A DNA stretch of 64,000 nt from Escherichia phage Phi1. The DNA lies in the sequence record EF437941; one strand, 5' to 3'. This document shows, one piece after another, positions 33,877-44,976 of this stretch. The position numbers and the translations under genes are program-made. Under the pieces are notes generated by a model. It was not told the origin of the DNA. It ran no database searches and saw only the letters and a list, made by a program, of their open reading frames with translations. The first letter of the stretch is position 1, and every line of letters starts with the position of its first letter.

Positions 33877-35676
33877 ATGCTAATGTTTAATAACTCCGTT
33901 AAATGGTTTACCGGAATTGTAGAAAACAGGGAAGACCCATTAATGCTGGGGCGTGTTCAGGTTAGGATTCATGGTATACATCCCTCGCTATCCGCACACG
34001 GTGACATTCAAGGTCTTCCAACCGAAGATCTATTATGGATTACGCCAGTACAAGATATTACAAGCGCGGCGATCTCCGGTATAGGTCAAAGCCCTACTGG
34101 TATTGTTGAAGGTTCAATGGTATTTGGTTTGGCTTTAGATGAACGTTATTTAAACTGCGTTATTCTGGGTACTATTGCCGGACAATATACAGAGAAACCA
34201 CTCACTACAGAGGGTTTTTGCGACCCTTCTGGTGCATATCCTCGTTATATTGGTAATGATGTTAATATTCTTGCTCGTGGCGGTATTAACCCAGAAACCG
34301 GACAAACAACAAAACCTGATAGTGTCTATATTCGAGATGAAAACACTGGAGTTGCAGTAAATCCAGACGACGAGCCATTAGACCAAATTCCGGTTGATGA
34401 TAATCCTGATTTTACAATCGAAAAAATGCTGCGGGGCGATGAGGGATATCGCGAGAAATGGTATCTTGATTCAGAAGGATATCCGACAATAGGCATCGGG
34501 CATTTGATCATTTATAAGAAAACCAGTGATCTGGGTATTATCAATAATGAACTTTCTAAGCTGGTAGGGCGTGAAGTTACAAACGGAAGACTTACCGCCG
34601 AAGAAGTTAGTAAAGTATTTGCCGACGATATAGAAAAGACTCGTCGTGATATGCGCAAACATCCACGAATTGCACCTGTCTATAATAAATGTAATGCCTC
34701 ACGTCGTATGGCATTAGAAAATATGGCGTTTCAAATGGGTGTTGGTGGATTGGGTAAATTTAAGAATAGTCTTGCTGCGATGTTAGCGGAAGAATGGAAA
34801 CAAGCCTATGATGGATTACGTCAATCGGTATGGGCTAACCAAACTCCAGGACGCTCCAGCCGTGTTTCTAAAATTATTTTAACTGGTAACTTAGAATCAT
34901 ATGGCGTAATTGCTCCAAAGAAAGAGGAATCAATTTCTGATGATCCGCGAGCACGTTTGAGAAATGCCCGTATTGCTGCCTATAAGACGCAGAGAGCAGA
35001 AGAAGACCCAGAAGCACCGTTTACCCCACAAGACACACGAATCATGTTTAAAGAGCCTAAGAGTTCGTATTCCGCAAGGTATCCATATAACCATGTGTAC
35101 GAGTCAGAGAGCGGTCATATTATCGAGATTGATGATACTCCTTCTCATGAGCGATATCATCGTAAACATCCTTCGGGTACATTTGAAGAAACCAGACCGG
35201 ACGGAACGAGGGTAGAAAAGATTGAAGGTGATGATTATCTAATCGTTAAACAAGGCAGGAAAGTAAACGTTAAGGGTAATTTGCAAGTTGTTGTTGAAGG
35301 TGACGCGCAAGTTTATTATATGGGTAATGTGATGCAAACCGTTGATGGTAACGTCACTGAATTTATTCGTGGTAATGTTAATCAGACCGTTGAGGGTACA
35401 GCTAATATGCATGTTGTAGGTGATGTTACCGCTCAGCTTGACGCTAATTTAACGGCTAATGTCAAGGGTAATGCTGAATTAATGATCGAGGGTAACACTA
35501 CAGAGACAATTAAAGGTAACTATGATTTAACCGTTGAGGGTAATTTTAATATGACCGTCAATGGCACTAAATCAGATCAGGTTAATGGTGACTGGTCCCG
35601 TAATTGTGGTGCAAGCGTTAAAGATATTGCATCTGGTACAGTTAAAATTGATGGTAGCCGTATTGATCTTGGGTGA
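33877..35676 (+). CDS. 5: baseplate hub and tail lysozyme gp5
   Basis: OB-fold N-terminus, lysozyme motif (EGYPTIGIGHLI) and C-terminal VxGxxxxx beta-helix repeats. Confidence 0.9.
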   Translation: MLMFNNSVKWFTGIVENREDPLMLGRVQVRIHGIHPSLSAHGDIQGLPTEDLLWITPVQDITSAAISGIGQSPTGIVEGSMVFGLALDERYLNCVILGTIAGQYTEKPLTTEGFCDPSGAYPRYIGNDVNILARGGINPETGQTTKPDSVYIRDENTGVAVNPDDEPLDQIPVDDNPDFTIEKMLRGDEGYREKWYLDSEGYPTIGIGHLIIYKKTSDLGIINNELSKLVGREVTNGRLTAEEVSKVFADDIEKTRRDMRKHPRIAPVYNKCNASRRMALENMAFQMGVGGLGKFKNSLAAMLAEEWKQAYDGLRQSVWANQTPGRSSRVSKIILTGNLESYGVIAPKKEESISDDPRARLRNARIAAYKTQRAEEDPEAPFTPQDTRIMFKEPKSSYSARYPYNHVYESESGHIIEIDDTPSHERYHRKHPSGTFEETRPDGTRVEKIEGDDYLIVKQGRKVNVKGNLQVVVEGDAQVYYMGNVMQTVDGNVTEFIRGNVNQTVEGTANMHVVGDVTAQLDANLTANVKGNAELMIEGNTTETIKGNYDLTVEGNFNMTVNGTKSDQVNGDWSRNCGASVKDIASGTVKIDGSRIDLG

Positions 35677-35684
35677 GGTAACTA

Positions 35685-36251
35685 ATGGTTGAAATTCTTC
35701 CGATGAGTTCAAAATTGGAGGATATCAGCGAGCGAGAAATCTTTGAGGTGGTGTTCTCTTATAAAGCAACTCCACCAGATGCAAATACCACATACACGAT
35801 TAAAGAGTTTAAGATCAGCGAGTATCGCCCTAATAAGGGCGTTACCGTTGAAGAAACTAAAATATCTGGTGAGTATAGGGATAGTTTTTCGCTTGGCGCG
35901 GATTCTCTTAAATATATAACGAAAGATAGAATTAAAAAATCTGCCGGAAGTTTTGATGATTTACCAGATCCAACTACCGCAGATCTATATTATTTTAACG
36001 CTCCTACACGTCTACAGGAGGTTTATACTTATAAAGTAACCCTAACCTATATCCAATCTGTTTCAGAGTCTTCTGGTGGTTCTGGTGAAGGAAATAGTGG
36101 TGGTTCCAATAGCCGAGAGGGTGCTGGTGAAACTAATCCTCCTCCGGTAGTAACCGAACACACAATAGAGAAAGTTTATACTCAAACCGTTTTTGGAAAT
36201 TGGGATGTGTGGGCGCAGCAACTAAGAGATTATGTACATAGGGGTGTTTAA
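35685..36251 (+). CDS. hypothetical protein (position of T4 5.1)
   Basis: ORF between gene 5 and the PAAR-like 5.4. Confidence 0.5.
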   Translation: MVEILPMSSKLEDISEREIFEVVFSYKATPPDANTTYTIKEFKISEYRPNKGVTVEETKISGEYRDSFSLGADSLKYITKDRIKKSAGSFDDLPDPTTADLYYFNAPTRLQEVYTYKVTLTYIQSVSESSGGSGEGNSGGSNSREGAGETNPPPVVTEHTIEKVYTQTVFGNWDVWAQQLRDYVHRGV

Positions 36252-36544
36252 TGGCTGGATTATCCTACGATAAAGCTAAAACTACAGGGCACGGAAACTA
36301 CCCACCTACTGTAATTAATGCAACTCAATCTAAGGTATTTGTTGAGGGTATCCCTGTATTAGTCGAAGGAGACCCAATTACACCACATACAAAAACAACA
36401 AAGCCTTATGATACACACGGGGGAACTACGGTCGCCAGTACCCCGAAAGTATTTGTTACCGGAAAGAAAGCAATTCAAATGGCAGATCGTATTAGCTGTG
36501 GCGATACCGTCGCTATGGCATCACCGAAGGTATTCATAAAATGA
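36251..36544 (+). CDS. 5.4: PAAR-like tail spike tip protein gp5.4
   Basis: 97 aa, immediately downstream of gene 5; size and synteny. Confidence 0.7.
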   Translation: MAGLSYDKAKTTGHGNYPPTVINATQSKVFVEGIPVLVEGDPITPHTKTTKPYDTHGGTTVASTPKVFVTGKKAIQMADRISCGDTVAMASPKVFIK

Positions 36545-38445
36545 CAAAGCAAAAGATTACACAAATTCCTGATATTTTTAATGCTGCTACGTTTGATGAA
36601 ATTAAAAGCGCATTAACAGACTGGATGAGAAACCAGGAAGAATTTAAAGATTTTGATTTTAATGGTGCTGGTATTAACGTATTGATGGACTTGCTCGCAT
36701 ATAACACTCTGTATATTCAGCAATTCGCTAACGCCGCGCTATATGAATCTTTTATCAGAACGGCAATTAAGCGTAGTTCAGTTGTTCAAGCCGCGCAAGA
36801 TTTAGGATATTTGCCAGCAAGTAAAACTAGTGCATCGACTACAATTATGTTGCACGTAACACATCCGCGAAATCCGGCAAGTATTCGAATCCCACGAGGA
36901 ACTAAATTTATTGCAAGTGTGGATCGCCAGACGTCTTATCCGTTTGTGACTACCGAAGACGTTGTGAGCGTTTTAGGTTCAAATGGTTTATATACGCCTA
37001 TGCTTAAAGTCGCACAAGGTCGTATTGTTCGTACAGAAATGTTATTTGATCCGAAGAAACAAATTCTGATCCGCGATCCTGATATTGACCGCGCTCAGGT
37101 TAAATTGTGGGTAGACGGTGCTGAATGGAAAGACTGGACGCGAGAAAGCATTGTTAATGCAACTGGCGCTAGTAATATTTTCTATATGCGTGAAACCGTA
37201 GACGGTCATACAGAAATCTTCTTTGGTGAAGGTGAATCAACTTTATCTGCTGCTGGCGGGGCGCTGGAAGCAAATTATATTGGTGGACTTAAGCCGTCAA
37301 CTGGTGCTAATATTGTTATCGAATATATTAGCACTAAAGGCGCGGAAGCAAACGGTTCAGTTAATTTTACATATGCGGATACCCTTGCATCTATCTCTAT
37401 TGTTAAAATTATTGAGAATCCGACAAATGATCGTGATTATGTCGGTGCAGATGGTGGTGGTGACCCTGAATCAATCGAACGTATCCGTGAACTTGCTCCG
37501 GTAATGCGTGAATCTCAGCGTCGTTGTGTTACTGCTTCTGACTATGAGGCTTTTGTATCTAGCCGTTTTGGTAGTATTGTTCAGGCGGTACAATGTTTCA
37601 CCGACCGAGAAAAACCGGGTTATGCTTTTGTTGCTGTTAAGCCTAAATCTGGCTTGCGTTTGACAACTGTTCAAAAAGAAGATATGCGGGATTATCTGGC
37701 AAAATATAATCTTGCCCCTATCACGCCGAGCATCATTGACCCTAACTATCTGTATATTAAACAGAATATTAAAGTTTCCTATTCAATCAATGACTTGTCA
37801 GAATCAGAGCAGTGGTTGCGCGGTGCGGTTATTGATCAGATTGATGCATATTATACCGACGAAGTGGAAATTTTTAACCAGACCTTTAGTAAGTCTAAAA
37901 TGCTTGCTCGTATTGACAAAGCTGATGTATCTGTGATAGGTTCTAGTGCAGAAATAGAGATGGTGCGAGAGATCGACAACTTCTATAAAGCGCCTATGGC
38001 TGGAATCAAGTTTTTAAACCAGTATAAGAGCGGAATCAAGTCTAGTTCATTCAACTTCGAAAAGGACGACAAGCAATATCCGATCCATTATGTAAGTACA
38101 GAAATGAACAAAGAATCCGGTTTAGCTAAATTGCTGGTTGGACCTTTCCCTGTTGATTCTACAATCGCTTTACCGCACTATTCCGGCACTGATTTTGATA
38201 AAGAGGTTATCGACGGTGCGGACCTATACTTTGAGGTTGGAGAGGTTCAGCATTATGACGACCTTATTTCATGGGATCTGGGTAAACTGAATATCAATAG
38301 CGATCGCTTTACTGGTTCATATATTGAGTTGACAGCTAAACCGATTGCTGATAACATCTTTACTAAAGACGGTTCTTTGATCGTGTTTGAAAACGATCTC
38401 CGTCCTCAGTACACAACTATTAGTCTGGAGGCAATTGCTCAATGA
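36541..38445 (+). CDS. 6: baseplate wedge protein gp6
   Basis: 634 aa; synteny 5-6-7-8. Confidence 0.8.
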   Translation: MTKQKITQIPDIFNAATFDEIKSALTDWMRNQEEFKDFDFNGAGINVLMDLLAYNTLYIQQFANAALYESFIRTAIKRSSVVQAAQDLGYLPASKTSASTTIMLHVTHPRNPASIRIPRGTKFIASVDRQTSYPFVTTEDVVSVLGSNGLYTPMLKVAQGRIVRTEMLFDPKKQILIRDPDIDRAQVKLWVDGAEWKDWTRESIVNATGASNIFYMRETVDGHTEIFFGEGESTLSAAGGALEANYIGGLKPSTGANIVIEYISTKGAEANGSVNFTYADTLASISIVKIIENPTNDRDYVGADGGGDPESIERIRELAPVMRESQRRCVTASDYEAFVSSRFGSIVQAVQCFTDREKPGYAFVAVKPKSGLRLTTVQKEDMRDYLAKYNLAPITPSIIDPNYLYIKQNIKVSYSINDLSESEQWLRGAVIDQIDAYYTDEVEIFNQTFSKSKMLARIDKADVSVIGSSAEIEMVREIDNFYKAPMAGIKFLNQYKSGIKSSSFNFEKDDKQYPIHYVSTEMNKESGLAKLLVGPFPVDSTIALPHYSGTDFDKEVIDGADLYFEVGEVQHYDDLISWDLGKLNINSDRFTGSYIELTAKPIADNIFTKDGSLIVFENDLRPQYTTISLEAIAQ

Positions 38446-41400
38446 TTAAAGCGCCTAGTGTAACTAGCTTGACAATAGAAAAATTGTCTGCTAATCAGGC
38501 GTATATCACATGGGATGACGTAGGCGAAAACTTCTTTTATTTTGTGGAGTTAGCCGAAACCAGAACACGAGACGGGGAGGTCATCCCCGTCGATGAGTTA
38601 AGCTGGGTAAACCTGGGATATACTGCCGAACAAAACTGGTTTGAGGATAAAAACCTTTTTCCAGAATATTATTACAAGTTTCGTGTAGCAGTAGCCGCAG
38701 AAGGATTTGAACAAAGTAAATGGGTTGAGACAGAAGAGTTTCAGACATTTAAAACAAACGCATATAATTTTTCTATGATGCGAGAGTTCAACCTTGCAAA
38801 CGAGTTTGTTAAGCAAAAGTTTACATATGATAATCGTGATTATATTAAATTCAATACTGATTTAATTCAAGCATCATTGATGAAGGAAGATTTTGTCTTT
38901 AGTCCTGAATATGCAAACATGACAAATATCTCAAACTACATTGTAGTTGATGAGAACTTTCATGAAATACAGGATCACATAGAAAAAGTTTGTACTGATA
39001 TAAACCGCACAATGTTAGCGGAAATGAACGGTGTTTTGTACCTTTTCGAACGGTTCCAGCCGATCGTGAAAGTGTCAAATGATAAAGGCCAATCATGGAA
39101 AGCATACAAGGCTTTTAATGATCGTGTAGGCAATCCGGTTTCCCGCACATGCGTTTATCAGTCTAAAACCACTACTTACGTTTTAGGATATGACCGAATC
39201 TTTTACGGACGACAAGCTAGCGATACTCGATGGATCGCGGACGATGTTCGATTTAGTGATGATACGATCACTTTTGCAAAGGTCGGTGACGAGAACGATT
39301 TAGGCTTTGACGTTGAGGTCTTTGGTGTATTTTCCAGATTAACAGGGGACACCACAAAATACGCCGAAGCTATGGCGTGCAGTGACGATTATTTGTGGGT
39401 TGGTGCTAAAGATGTTATTCGCCGGATTCGTCTTAAGAATACTCCAGTTGATACCGTACAGGGTTCTCCTACGTTTGGCGAAAAAATATTCGACCCTGAT
39501 GTTATCCGAGTAACAGGAAATGATAAAGCTGTCATTCAGAAAATGGATGTGATCGACGGTAAATTGCTTGTATTTGTTACGGGTGAAGTTAAACAGCGTT
39601 ATCAAGATCCAACTAAACCAGAAAACGTTGTTCCGTCAGATGATGCGGGTGTATACTTAATAGGGAGTGATGGTCTGTCTTTTCAGAGAGTATTTGGCAA
39701 CACTCCGCAGGAAAGGGAATATATTCAGCACGGGTTCAGTAATATGTCAACCAATGGTGATGAGGTGTTCATAAGCCATTATAATCATCACTTCGAAAGC
39801 ATTTTACCTGATCCAGAAACTGCCGCGAAATATGAATTAGGCGAAGCTGTGAAATATTCTCAGGAGCCAACTTATCTAACTGATAAGAAAATACATCAAA
39901 CTACTTTCAGAGCAAGTTATGATGATTTGCGTATTTGGGAGCTAGGACCGCAAGCGTATTATAATGAGGCTGATTATACATGGATGCGTCGAAACGGTGT
40001 CCGTGTGTGGATCACAAATGATAATCGCCCGTTGGTTGTTTATCCAGAGGTTATCTATACTCAAGAAGTTGATACATCTGGCATTCTTGACCAAAATAGG
40101 GTTAACCGAGAAGTTTATGATAAAGGGACCGTGACCTGTTATCTTAACAATGTTAAATTTGAAGGATTCAAACAATATGCATCCGGTGTAATGTTCCATA
40201 AAAACACAGGAGAGATCATTGGATTCTATCAATTTAATTATCGTGTTCGTGATCAGGTTGGTGTATATTGGAAACCTACAAATGTAGCATTTGTTGCTGA
40301 ATTGCAAAATCAGGTTCGAGAGGTTCCCTGGGTTCCGGTTCACTACGATCGAGAGCAAGACCCAGATTTGCGACCTTTACTGAATAAGATGACACCGGAT
40401 AGCTTTTTACTTGAGAACGAAAATTTCAGAAAATTCTCTGAATATTATCTGCAATTCTTAAGTGATGGTTCAGGAACATATTATAATAAACTAAAAAATC
40501 TGATTAAAAACAAATATCCACGCGAGCAAGATGCATATGAGTATCTTTGGTCAGAGATGAACAAACGAAACATATATGCAGATAAAAACAAGCGAGATGC
40601 GGTAGTAAGATTCTTTGAATCCCGCAAATCAGATTTTTATTCCACTAAGGGCGTGGAGGCTTCTTATAAGTTCTTGTTTAAGTTACTTTATAATGAAGAT
40701 GTGGAAATTGAGGTTGAATCACAAGCCGGACTAGAGTATGATATTGTTGTTAGTTCAACGAACATTGACGAGGATATCGTAGGTCGCACGATTTATACTC
40801 CAACCGGACGGGCTAACGTGACGTATCTTGAAAGGGAATATGAAGGTGGTCGCCTACGCTGGCGAGTAACCATTCATAACCTGATCGGGCGGTTCGAAGA
40901 AGGTCAAGTGATCAAATCAGAGAAAACAGCGTTTGAAGGGATGATCCTTGTTGGTGTACGTGGTAAAGAGTTGTTGAGTAGTTCAATCGACTATATCAAC
41001 CGCTCACGAAGCCAATACACCATGAAGATTAAAAGTGCATTGCCAGTTTCGCGCTATGCAAATGATGTAATGCGATTCGTTCATCCTGTCGGCTTTGGTT
41101 TTATCGGTGTTACCCTGCTTACGATGTTCATTAACAGCGGGTTGAGCATGAAGCACACCGAGACTATAATTCAATCTCTGAAAAATTATAAGTTTGACAG
41201 CGGATTGCCTAGCGTGTATCCTGATCGGGTGGCAGACCTTGACGTTGACGGAAACATTAAGAAAGACCCGCTTACCGGAAAAGCATTATATTTGACTTCA
41301 CCTTTAATTGGTGATGAATTTCCGGTTCCTCCTGAATATGATCAGGAGAACAGCGAATTGTTCCACGGACTTAAAGCAAGCGAACGAAGATTTGCAATGA

Positions 41401-41528
41401 GTCCACTGTTTGACCAGTCGGCGGTAACATTCTCTATGTTCCGTGAACTTGTAGATAAACGGTTGAAGGATAATATAGGGAATCCACGCGATCCGAAGAA
41501 TCCGACACAGAGGAAAATTAATGGCTAA
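38442..41528 (+). CDS. 7: baseplate wedge protein gp7
   Basis: 1028 aa; synteny. Confidence 0.8.
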   Translation: MIKAPSVTSLTIEKLSANQAYITWDDVGENFFYFVELAETRTRDGEVIPVDELSWVNLGYTAEQNWFEDKNLFPEYYYKFRVAVAAEGFEQSKWVETEEFQTFKTNAYNFSMMREFNLANEFVKQKFTYDNRDYIKFNTDLIQASLMKEDFVFSPEYANMTNISNYIVVDENFHEIQDHIEKVCTDINRTMLAEMNGVLYLFERFQPIVKVSNDKGQSWKAYKAFNDRVGNPVSRTCVYQSKTTTYVLGYDRIFYGRQASDTRWIADDVRFSDDTITFAKVGDENDLGFDVEVFGVFSRLTGDTTKYAEAMACSDDYLWVGAKDVIRRIRLKNTPVDTVQGSPTFGEKIFDPDVIRVTGNDKAVIQKMDVIDGKLLVFVTGEVKQRYQDPTKPENVVPSDDAGVYLIGSDGLSFQRVFGNTPQEREYIQHGFSNMSTNGDEVFISHYNHHFESILPDPETAAKYELGEAVKYSQEPTYLTDKKIHQTTFRASYDDLRIWELGPQAYYNEADYTWMRRNGVRVWITNDNRPLVVYPEVIYTQEVDTSGILDQNRVNREVYDKGTVTCYLNNVKFEGFKQYASGVMFHKNTGEIIGFYQFNYRVRDQVGVYWKPTNVAFVAELQNQVREVPWVPVHYDREQDPDLRPLLNKMTPDSFLLENENFRKFSEYYLQFLSDGSGTYYNKLKNLIKNKYPREQDAYEYLWSEMNKRNIYADKNKRDAVVRFFESRKSDFYSTKGVEASYKFLFKLLYNEDVEIEVESQAGLEYDIVVSSTNIDEDIVGRTIYTPTGRANVTYLEREYEGGRLRWRVTIHNLIGRFEEGQVIKSEKTAFEGMILVGVRGKELLSSSIDYINRSRSQYTMKIKSALPVSRYANDVMRFVHPVGFGFIGVTLLTMFINSGLSMKHTETIIQSLKNYKFDSGLPSVYPDRVADLDVDGNIKKDPLTGKALYLTSPLIGDEFPVPPEYDQENSELFHGLKASERRFAMSPLFDQSAVTFSMFRELVDKRLKDNIGNPRDPKNPTQRKING

Positions 41529-42516
41529 TGAAAATAGTGTGATCTATCGCTCAATCATTACTAGTAAATTCAGAACGGAAAAACTTCTGAATTTCTATAA
41601 TTCTGTAGGCGATGGGGCAAATCAAATTACAATTTATGGAACGTTTGGACGTTCGGAGCCGTGGTCAGAAAACGAAAAAGAGGTGGGCTTTGCCCCACCT
41701 TATCCGACCGATTCAACGGCTGGTGTTGTTGACATGTGGACCCATATGATGGGGGCGGTTAAGATTAACAAATCACTTCTTGATGCGGTTATCCCTCGTA
41801 AAGATTGGGGTGATACCGGACAGGATAACCCGCGCACATTCTTTATCAATGACATTGTTGTTGTCAACTCAGCACCATATAACCGAACTGATGTTGGTAG
41901 CGGCTGGATGGTGTATCGCGTAACCGATGTTCCTGATCGCGGTTACTGCTCGATTTCAAGCATTGACGCTAAAGTAGAGTGTTTGAAGTTGGGCGGAAAG
42001 TGGACACCCACTCATGAATCAATTGCGCCACCTGTAGGAAAGGGCGATTCTATTGATATGGGTGATGGGTATCGTTGGGAATATCTGTACACAATTCCAC
42101 CTGATGCGGCGATCAACCGTTGCACCAATGAACATATTGTTGTTCCATTCCCGGATGAATTGAGACAAGATCCGGCGCGTTGGGGCTATGACAATGTGAT
42201 CACCTGGTATAATGACTATAATCTGCTTTATCGGCTGAAAGTAGTAACTTTGCGTTTTCAGGCTTATATGGACTCTGCGCAATTCCCAACTACCGCGTTA
42301 GTGGGTAATACTGGTTTCCGTCAGTTAAGCATTATCCTTAACCCATTGGAAAAGAAAGCACGCCCTAGCGATCCAGACGTTAAAGCGGTTCAAGATAAGT
42401 ACCGTCCGCAAGACTTAGAGCCACACTCAGGAGAAATGATCTACATGGAAAACCGACAACCTATCGTTCGGTCATTAGATCAAACAGAACTTGTTTCTGT
42501 ATTGTTTGAGTTCTAA
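41521..42516 (+). CDS. 8: baseplate wedge protein gp8
   Basis: 331 aa; synteny. Confidence 0.8.
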   Translation: MANENSVIYRSIITSKFRTEKLLNFYNSVGDGANQITIYGTFGRSEPWSENEKEVGFAPPYPTDSTAGVVDMWTHMMGAVKINKSLLDAVIPRKDWGDTGQDNPRTFFINDIVVVNSAPYNRTDVGSGWMVYRVTDVPDRGYCSISSIDAKVECLKLGGKWTPTHESIAPPVGKGDSIDMGDGYRWEYLYTIPPDAAINRCTNEHIVVPFPDELRQDPARWGYDNVITWYNDYNLLYRLKVVTLRFQAYMDSAQFPTTALVGNTGFRQLSIILNPLEKKARPSDPDVKAVQDKYRPQDLEPHSGEMIYMENRQPIVRSLDQTELVSVLFEF

Positions 42517-42528
42517 GTGTATGATTTA

Positions 42529-42557
42529 AAAGCCAATTCGAGAGAGTTGGCTTTTTC
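42529..42557 (+). terminator. intrinsic terminator after gene 8
   Basis: Hairpin AGCCAATTCGAGAGAGTTGGCT followed by TTTTT. Confidence 0.65.
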
Positions 42558-42568
42558 TATTTTGGGTG

Positions 42569-42597
42569 TTTACAATCTTGTCTGGTAAAGGTATAAT
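42569..42597 (+). promoter_or_regulatory. sigma70-type promoter driving the inserted methyltransferase cassette
   Basis: TTTACA-N17-TATAAT, then RBS GGAGGAGG and ATG at 42630. Confidence 0.6.
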
Positions 42598-42629
42598 GCT
42601 CACATCTAAACAACGGAGGAGGATAAATT

Positions 42630-42887
42630 ATGGCACGTCGTAAATTTACAGATAATTGTGAAGCAATTCAGGTATCCCCTTGCGGTTGGGATGTGATCGC
42701 GAACGGTGAAAAGATTGGAGAGATCATCGATCATACTCATTCATCACTAGCCGATTACACCGATGAACTATGGGAGGGTATCAACTTCATGAATGACACT
42801 AAACGATTCAAGACTATCGACGAAGCTATCTATTTTGTGTATAATCCAACTTTCGGTATGTGGGGAACTAGAAAATGGCACGCGTAA
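42630..42887 (+). CDS. hypothetical protein (first gene of inserted cassette)
   Basis: 85-aa ORF with strong RBS GGAGGAGG behind a sigma70-like promoter. Confidence 0.55.
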   Translation: MARRKFTDNCEAIQVSPCGWDVIANGEKIGEIIDHTHSSLADYTDELWEGINFMNDTKRFKTIDEAIYFVYNPTFGMWGTRKWHA

Positions 42888-43207
42888 ATATTAAATTGCA
42901 TTACACAATGAATAAAGCTAAGTTCCCAATGCAAAAGCATTACTATGGTCTACGTGCACAAGATCCCAAACTCTATGGTACTCATTGGTTTTGTAAACAT
43001 GATAACCAATGGCACACATACGAAGAAATGAACGAGATGATGAAACAGGGTATTGAATTTAGTTATTCTAACTATGACCATCGTATAACTTGCATTCGAA
43101 AATTGAAACGATGGATTCGTAAGAATCCGCAATTTAAAAACTTTGTGTTCTTTATGTCTCATGTTTATTTGGGACATAGCGTTACCGTCACAGCAAAGGT
43201 TAAATAA
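42875..43207 (+). CDS. hypothetical protein (second gene of inserted cassette)
   Basis: 110-aa ORF overlapping both neighbours (translational coupling). Confidence 0.55.
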   Translation: MARVNIKLHYTMNKAKFPMQKHYYGLRAQDPKLYGTHWFCKHDNQWHTYEEMNEMMKQGIEFSYSNYDHRITCIRKLKRWIRKNPQFKNFVFFMSHVYLGHSVTVTAKVK

Positions 43208-44046
43208 TGGCACGACTTTCTAAACAAGAACAAAAATTACATAACCGAGCAATGGAGTTGATTAATTCAGATCGTCCATTGACATATGAAGAAAAAGAAT
43301 TTTGCTATAATAACTATCATGGCGATGGGCTAGGTGGTTCCGGTGCATTCTTTACCCCAGAAGGGCTTGCATGGGATTTTACCATCGATGCACATTGCAC
43401 AGGAAAAGTATTAGATCTTTGTGCTGGGATCGGTCGCTTATCTTTTTGTATGTTACATCGTTGTAAGCCAGAAAAGATCGTATGCGTCGAACTCAATCCA
43501 GAATTTGCGCGGATTGGCAAGCGACTATTACCGGAGGCAGAATGGATCACCAGCGATGTATTCGAATTTGAGTCAAACGAAAAATTCGATGTGGTGATCA
43601 GCAATCCACCCTTCGGGAAAATCAATACAACCGACACAAAGGATGTATTTGAGTACACTGGCGGCGAATTTGAATTTAAGGTTATGACATTAGGCCAGAA
43701 GTTTGCCGATGTAGGTTATTTTATTGTTCCTTCTGGTTCCGCTGGTTTTGCCTATTCCGGCAGACCTTATTATGACGGGACCATGAAGTCTAATAAATAT
43801 CTAAAATGGAGCAAACAAACTGGTTTGGTGACTTATGCCGGATGTGGGATCGATACATCAATCTATCGCGATGAATGGCATAGTACCAACGTTTTAACAG
43901 AAGTGGTTGAGGTTCGGTATTACGAAAAAGAAGCCGTAGAAGCTCCTAAATCACGTCCTAACGAACAAATAGAAGAAAGTAAGGAGATTACCTTACCGAA
44001 ACAGGAAAGCGAGTCTGGGACGCTCTCAGATTTGTTTGACATTTAA
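43207..44046 (+). CDS. SAM-dependent amino-methyltransferase (N6-adenine-type, gamma-class motif order)
   Basis: FFTP motif, motif I VLDLCAGIG, motif IV NPPF in that order; 279 aa; start overlaps the upstream stop. Confidence 0.75.
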   Translation: MARLSKQEQKLHNRAMELINSDRPLTYEEKEFCYNNYHGDGLGGSGAFFTPEGLAWDFTIDAHCTGKVLDLCAGIGRLSFCMLHRCKPEKIVCVELNPEFARIGKRLLPEAEWITSDVFEFESNEKFDVVISNPPFGKINTTDTKDVFEYTGGEFEFKVMTLGQKFADVGYFIVPSGSAGFAYSGRPYYDGTMKSNKYLKWSKQTGLVTYAGCGIDTSIYRDEWHSTNVLTEVVEVRYYEKEAVEAPKSRPNEQIEESKEITLPKQESESGTLSDLFDI

Positions 44047-44050
44047 TTAT

Positions 44051-44077
44051 AAGCCGTCCTTGTGGGCGGCTTTTTTG
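44051..44077 (+). terminator. intrinsic terminator after the methyltransferase
   Basis: Hairpin GCCGTCCTTGTGGGCGGC followed by TTTTTTG. Confidence 0.65.
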
Positions 44078-44086
44078 TATGTATTT

Positions 44087-44094
44087 TATAAATA
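44087..44094 (+). promoter_or_regulatory. T4-type late promoter (TATAAATA) for gene 9
   Basis: Exact TATAAATA ~28 nt upstream of the ATG. Confidence 0.65.
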
Positions 44095-44121
44095 ATACAT
44101 CATAACATGAGGAATTAAACA

Positions 44122-44976
44122 ATGGCACAAGTTCCAAAGAAAAGAATAGACACAGGTACTGTCGGCAATCCATCGACTGGCGATATCTTATATGATGGCG
44201 GTAATAAAATTAACGATAACTTTGATTCAATATATGACGCATTTGCTGATCAGCGGTTTAAAGACGTAGACCACGGCGTGGGAAGAATGGTTATTCATGC
44301 AACCGGATACTATCAGAAGCATCCACGTCAAAGCTACGCTGGTTCCGCTGTTGAGATTGGGAGTCTACACGATATCGATACAACTCAAGGCGCACTTATT
44401 GCTATTCTACCTAAAGCAAAGGTTGGCGAGGGTGTTGTATTCATAAATAGTAACGGTAGCCTTTCAACGACTACACCGCTCAATATTCGAACTCAAGCAG
44501 GTGATTCTATTAGCGGGTATTCCGGTGATGCTACAATAACACAACCATTTTCAAAAGTCACTGTTTGGTGTACTGCCGTTGAAGGTAGTCGCGTAACATG
44601 GCGATTGGGTATCGAAAGTATGTTTACCGATACAACAACGCCATTAGATAAAACAGTTAACGTAACTGGAGTAGCAACAAACGTTGCTATTGCCGCAAAA
44701 ACAGAATATGTTTCCATCAAATTATTAACTACCGCTAGCAATACATCCGGTTCAAAAATGCGTTCAAGTGAAACGCTACTGATGATTGATTCTAAAGCCG
44801 GAAAAGTTTATGCGACGGAATATGCAGTTTTGCAGAAGACAGAAGATGAACTATACACGGTTCGTTATTTCATCGGTTCCGGCGATAAAGTATATGCAGA
44901 GTATAAGGCTACTGGCGAAAATATTCGTTTAGCAGTTAAAGCCGTAGACACTATTAAAATCGGGGTTGCTACATGA
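44122..44976 (+). CDS. 9: baseplate wedge / tail fibre socket protein gp9
   Basis: 284 aa; late promoter TATAAATA upstream; synteny. Confidence 0.8.
   Translation: MAQVPKKRIDTGTVGNPSTGDILYDGGNKINDNFDSIYDAFADQRFKDVDHGVGRMVIHATGYYQKHPRQSYAGSAVEIGSLHDIDTTQGALIAILPKAKVGEGVVFINSNGSLSTTTPLNIRTQAGDSISGYSGDATITQPFSKVTVWCTAVEGSRVTWRLGIESMFTDTTTPLDKTVNVTGVATNVAIAAKTEYVSIKLLTTASNTSGSKMRSSETLLMIDSKAGKVYATEYAVLQKTEDELYTVRYFIGSGDKVYAEYKATGENIRLAVKAVDTIKIGVAT

Noticed and set aside
42630-43207. All three cassette proteins beginning Met-Ala-Arg (ATGGCACG) as a possible signal
   Set aside because: Several unrelated late genes also begin ATGGCAC (gp9, gp19), so this looks like a favoured initiation context rather than a functional tag
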